From: a virus
Lineage: Duplodnaviria > Heunggongvirae > Uroviricota > Caudoviricetes
IMG/VR virus record: IMGVR_UViG_2563366922_000004
Reading direction: 5' to 3' (one strand)
DNA: 33,415 bases
Every line of letters begins with the position of its first letter. Position 1 is the first letter of the stretch. The translations under genes and the position numbers were made by a program. The notes beneath the pieces were generated by a model that saw only the letters and a list, made by a program, of their open reading frames with translations, was not told where the DNA came from and made no database searches. Shown one piece after another: positions 29,427-33,415 of this stretch.

Positions 29427-32400
29427 GTGAATATGGCAGTAAAGATTTCAGGTGTACTGAAAGACGGCACAGGAAAACCGGTACAGAACTGCACAATCCA
29501 GCTGAAAGCAAAACGTAACAGCACCACGGTGGTGGTGAACACGCTGGCCTCAGAAAATCCGGATGAAGCCGGGCGTTACAGCATGGACGTTGAGCACGGT
29601 CAGTACAGCGTTATTCTGTTGGTGGAGGGATTCCCGCCATCACATGCCGGGACCATTACCGTGTATGAAGATTCCCGACCCGGTACGCTGAATGATTTTC
29701 TCGGTGCCATGACGGAGGATGATGCCCGTCCGGAGGCACTGCGCCGTTTTGAGCTGATGGTGGAAGAGGTGGCGCGTAACGCGTCCGCGGTGGCACAGAA
29801 CACGGCAGCCGCGAAGAAGTCAGCCAGCGATGCCAGCACATCAGCCCGTGAGGCGGCAACCCATGCGACTGATGCTGCAGGCTCAGCACGCGCAGCCAGC
29901 ACGTCAGCCGGACAGGCCGCGTCGTCGGCTCAGTCAGCGTCTTCCAGCGCAGGATCGGCATCAACAAAGGCTACTGAAGCATCAAAAAGTGCTGCCGCTG
30001 CAGAGTCCTCAAAAAGCGCGGCGGCCACCAGTGCCGGTGCAGCAAAAACGTCAGAAACGAATGCGGCAGCGTCACAACAATCAGCCGCCACTTCTGCATC
30101 CACCGCGACTACGAAAGCGTCAGAAGCAGCCTCCTCAGCCCGGGATGCGGCGGTTTCAAAAGAGGCGGCAAAATCATCAGAAACGAACGCATCCTCGAGC
30201 GCCAGTAGCGCAGCTTCCTCGGCAACGGCGGCAGCAAATTCCGCGAAGGCGGCAAAAACGTCCGAGACGAACGCTAAGTCTTCTGAGACGGCAGCGGAAC
30301 AGAGTGCCTCCGCAGCAGCAGACTCAAAAACAGCGGCTGCATCATCTGCCAGCGCCGCGTCAACAAGTGCCGGGCAGGCCTCAGCCAGTGCCACCGCTGC
30401 CGGAAAGTCGGCAGAAAGTGCTGCATCGTCTGCTTCAACAGCCACAACGAATGCTGGCGAAGCCGCTGTACAGGCCAGCGCAGCCGCGAGGTCAGCTTCC
30501 GCAGCGAAGACATCCGAGACGAACGCGAAAGCGTCGGAAACCAGCGCAGAATCCTCAAAAACGGCTGCCGCATCATCCGCCAGTTCGGCGGCGTCATCGG
30601 CATCATCTGCGTCTGCTTCAAAAGATGAGGCGACCAGACAGGCGTCAGCAGCGAAGGGCAGCGCCACGACAGCATCCACGAAGGCGACAGAGGCAGCTGG
30701 CAGTGCGACGGCGGCAGCACAGAGCAAAAGTACGGCGGAATCCGCGGCAACGCGCGCCGAGACAGCGGCAAAACGGGCAGAGGATATTGCATCCGCCGTG
30801 GCGCTTGAGGATGCGAGCACGACGAAAAAGGGGGTAGTACAGCTCAGCAGTGCGACCAACAGTACGTCTGAAACGCTGGCGGCAACGCCAAAGGCAGTAA
30901 AATCAGCCTATGACAATGCAGAGAAACGTCTGCAGAAAGACCAGAACGGCGCTGATATACCCGATAAGGGACGCTTCCTGAACAACATTAACGCGGTCAG
31001 TAAAACAGACTTTGCTGATAAGCGCGGTATGCGTTATGTGCGGGTTAACGCTCCTGCAGGTGCAACATCTGGAAAATATTACCCTGTTGTTGTTATGCGT
31101 TCTGCTGGCTCAGTAAGCGAACTGGCATCAAGGGTCATTATCACCACGGCAACGCGAACCGCAGGCGATCCGATGAATAACTGCGAGTTTAACGGATTTG
31201 TTATGCCTGGTGGCCGGACTGACAGGGGGCGTTATGCTTATGGAATGTTCTGGCAATATCAAAACAATGAACGAGCCATCCACTCAATAATGATGAGTAA
31301 TAAGGGCGATGATTTGCGCTCTGTGTTCTATGTTGATGGCGCTGCTTTCCCTGTTTTTGCGTTTATCGAAGATGGCCTGTCAATATCCGCACCTGGTGCT
31401 GATCTGGTTGTTAATGATACGACCTATAAGTTTGGGGCAACAAATCCGGCGACTGAATGTATCGCGGCGGACGTTATCCTTGATTTTAAGAGTGGGCGTG
31501 GTTTTTATGAGTCTCATTCGTTAATCGTTAACGATAACTTGTCGTGCAAAAAACTTTTTGCCACAGACGAAATTGTAGCGCGTGGTGGTAATCAGATTCG
31601 AATGATAGGTGGGGAGTATGGTGCATTATGGCGTAATGATGGCACTAAAACTTACCTGCTGCTTACCAATCAAGGTGATGTTTATGGTGGCTGGAATACA
31701 TTAAGACCGTTTGCTATTAATAACGCAACCGGCGAACTGATTATTGGAACCAAACTGTCCGCAAGTCTGAACGGTAATGCATTAACAGCAACAAAGCTGC
31801 AAACGCCAAGACTGGTTTCTGGTGTTGAGTTTGATGGTTCCAAAGATATTACTTTAACCGCCGCGCATGTGGCTGCTTTTGCCAGAAGGGCAACGGATAC
31901 ATATGCCGATGCGGATGGTGGCGTTCCCTGGAATGCCGAATCAGGCGCTTACAATGTCACCCGCTCTGGCGACAGCTATATTCTGGTTAACTTCTATACC
32001 GGAGTCGGAAGTTGCCGGACCCTGCAGATGAAGGCGCATTACAGAAATGGAGGTCTGTTCTACCGTTCCTCAAGAGATGGCTATGGTTTTGAGGAAGACT
32101 GGGCAGAAGTTTATACCTCGAAAAATCTTCCACCAGAAAGCTACCCAGTCGGCGCACCAATCCCGTGGCCATCAGATACCGTTCCGTCTGGCTATGCCCT
32201 GATGCAGGGGCAGACTTTTGACAAATCTGCATACCCGAAACTTGCAGTGGCTTATCCGTCAGGCGTTATTCCTGATATGCGTGGCTGGACGATTAAGGGC
32301 AAGCCCGCCAGTGGTCGTGCCGTATTGTCTCAGGAACAGGACGGCATTAAATCGCACACCCACAGCGCCAGCGCATCCAGTACGGATTTGGGTACGAAAA

Positions 32401-32831
32401 CCACATCGTCGTTTGATTACGGCACTAAATCCACGAATAACACCGGGGCTCATACGCATAGTCTGAGCGGCTCTACAAGCTCGGCTGGAGCACACTCGCA
32501 CGTTGATGGGCGCAGGTTTAATACAAGCACTTTTAAAGACACCTATCAGTATGGTTCTACAGCTGTCGGAAGTAACTCATACCAGGTACAAGGGGCGGTT
32601 GGTCTGGGCGTTGGTACGATGGCGAATACGAACTCTGCTGGCGCGCACACCCACTCACTGTCCGGCACTGCTGCAAGCGCAGGCGCACACGCACATACTG
32701 TCGGTATTGGTGCACACACGCACTCCGTTGCGATTGGTTCACATGGACACACCATCACCGTTAACGCTGCTGGTAACGCGGAAAACACCGTCAAAAACAT
32801 TGCATTTAACTATATTGTGAGGCTTGCATAA
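29427..32831 (+). CDS. stf: Side tail fibre protein Stf (1134 aa) with a long Ala/Ser/Thr-rich repeat region and C-terminal GxHxH fibre repeats
   Basis: N-terminus [37 protein letters not shown]... as in lambda Stf; repeated AKTSETNA-type units; multiple GAHTHS / GAHSH / GSHGH motifs near the C-terminus. Confidence 0.88.
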   Translation: MNMAVKISGVLKDGTGKPVQNCTIQLKAKRNSTTVVVNTLASENPDEAGRYSMDVEHGQYSVILLVEGFPPSHAGTITVYEDSRPGTLNDFLGAMTEDDARPEALRRFELMVEEVARNASAVAQNTAAAKKSASDASTSAREAATHATDAAGSARAASTSAGQAASSAQSASSSAGSASTKATEASKSAAAAESSKSAAATSAGAAKTSETNAAASQQSAATSASTATTKASEAASSARDAAVSKEAAKSSETNASSSASSAASSATAAANSAKAAKTSETNAKSSETAAEQSASAAADSKTAAASSASAASTSAGQASASATAAGKSAESAASSASTATTNAGEAAVQASAAARSASAAKTSETNAKASETSAESSKTAAASSASSAASSASSASASKDEATRQASAAKGSATTASTKATEAAGSATAAAQSKSTAESAATRAETAAKRAEDIASAVALEDASTTKKGVVQLSSATNSTSETLAATPKAVKSAYDNAEKRLQKDQNGADIPDKGRFLNNINAVSKTDFADKRGMRYVRVNAPAGATSGKYYPVVVMRSAGSVSELASRVIITTATRTAGDPMNNCEFNGFVMPGGRTDRGRYAYGMFWQYQNNERAIHSIMMSNKGDDLRSVFYVDGAAFPVFAFIEDGLSISAPGADLVVNDTTYKFGATNPATECIAADVILDFKSGRGFYESHSLIVNDNLSCKKLFATDEIVARGGNQIRMIGGEYGALWRNDGTKTYLLLTNQGDVYGGWNTLRPFAINNATGELIIGTKLSASLNGNALTATKLQTPRLVSGVEFDGSKDITLTAAHVAAFARRATDTYADADGGVPWNAESGAYNVTRSGDSYILVNFYTGVGSCRTLQMKAHYRNGGLFYRSSRDGYGFEEDWAEVYTSKNLPPESYPVGAPIPWPSDTVPSGYALMQGQTFDKSAYPKLAVAYPSGVIPDMRGWTIKGKPASGRAVLSQEQDGIKSHTHSASASSTDLGTKTTSSFDYGTKSTNNTGAHTHSLSGSTSSAGAHSHVDGRRFNTSTFKDTYQYGSTAVGSNSYQVQGAVGLGVGTMANTNSAGAHTHSLSGTAASAGAHAHTVGIGAHTHSVAIGSHGHTITVNAAGNAENTVKNIAFNYIVRLA
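29760..30830 (+). repeat. Degenerate tandem coding repeats (Ala/Ser/Thr-rich, [17 protein letters not shown] units) inside stf
   Basis: Recurring DNA units such as gcaaaaacgtcagaaacgaatgc / gcggcaaaaacgtccgagacgaacgc / gcgaagacatccgagacgaacgc. Confidence 0.6.
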
Positions 32832-33415
32832 TGGCATTCAGAATGAGTGAACAACCACGGACCATAAAAATTTATAATCTGCTGGCCGGAACTAATGAAT
32901 TTATTGGTGAAGGTGACGCATATATTCCGCCTCATACAGGTCTGCCAGCAAACAGCACCTATATTGCACCGCCAGATATTCCTGCTGGCTTTGTGGCTGT
33001 TTTCAACAGTGATGAGGCATCGTGGCATCTCGTTGAAGACCATCGGGGTAAAACGGTTTATGACGTAGCGTCAGGGGGCGAGTTATTTATTTCTGAACTC
33101 GGTCCGTTACCGGAAAATGTTACCTGGTTATCGCCGGAAGGGGAGTTTCAGAAGTGGAACGGCACAGCCTGGGTGAAAGATGCAGAAGCAGAAAAACTGT
33201 TCCGGATCCGAGAGGCGGAAGAAATAAAAAACAGCCTGATGCAGGTAGCCAGTGAGCATATTGCGCCACTTCAGGATGCTGTAGATCTGGAAATCGCAAC
33301 GGAGGAAGAAACCTCATTGCTGGAAGCCTGGAAAAAGTATCGGGTGTTGCTGAACCGTGTTGATACATCAACTGCACCTGATATTGAGTGGCCTACGAAC
33401 CCTGTCAGGGAGTAA
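32831..33415 (+). CDS. tfa: Tail fibre assembly protein Tfa (194 aa); stop codon is the last 3 bases of the window
   Basis: [44 protein letters not shown]... matches lambda Tfa; ATG overlaps the stf stop (ATAATGG). Confidence 0.85.
   Translation: MAFRMSEQPRTIKIYNLLAGTNEFIGEGDAYIPPHTGLPANSTYIAPPDIPAGFVAVFNSDEASWHLVEDHRGKTVYDVASGGELFISELGPLPENVTWLSPEGEFQKWNGTAWVKDAEAEKLFRIREAEEIKNSLMQVASEHIAPLQDAVDLEIATEEETSLLEAWKKYRVLLNRVDTSTAPDIEWPTNPVRE

Noticed and set aside
29830-30859. 335-aa + ORF and 309-aa - ORF inside the stf repeat region
   Set aside because: Extreme low-complexity translations produced by the repetitive Ala/Ser codon pattern of stf in other frames; no independent support.

Overview
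The window is the late (morphogenesis) region of a lambda-like prophage, all on the + strand in canonical order: A (5' partial), W, B, C with nested Nu3, D, E, FI, FII, Z, U, V, G and G-T, H, M, L, K, I, J, lom, stf, tfa. The major capsid gene E is split after codon 82 by an ~11 kb integrative element (about 5107-16160) flanked by imperfect 9 bp direct repeats; the two E fragments sum to exactly the 341 codons of lambda E, so this looks like site-specific insertion, not decay. The insert reads as a phage-satellite (PICI/P4-like) element: tyrosine integrase, AlpA-like regulator, Arc-type RHH protein with palindromic operator, Icd-like protein, primase/helicase followed by a CTGTTCACC iteron origin, SSB-like protein, its own diverged E-like capsid and D-like decoration genes, a lambda-like cosN, and a Nu1-like small terminase with a divergent N-terminus. 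It also carries two AT-rich cargo islets, one encoding a TIR-like domain protein and one encoding a HEPN (Abi_C-like) protein, both candidate anti-phage defence genes. It lacks portal, protease, scaffold, large terminase and tail genes, so it would depend on the surrounding prophage. All assignments come from reading the sequence and ORF translations against remembered family features; no database search was run. No tRNA, rRNA or CRISPR array was seen.
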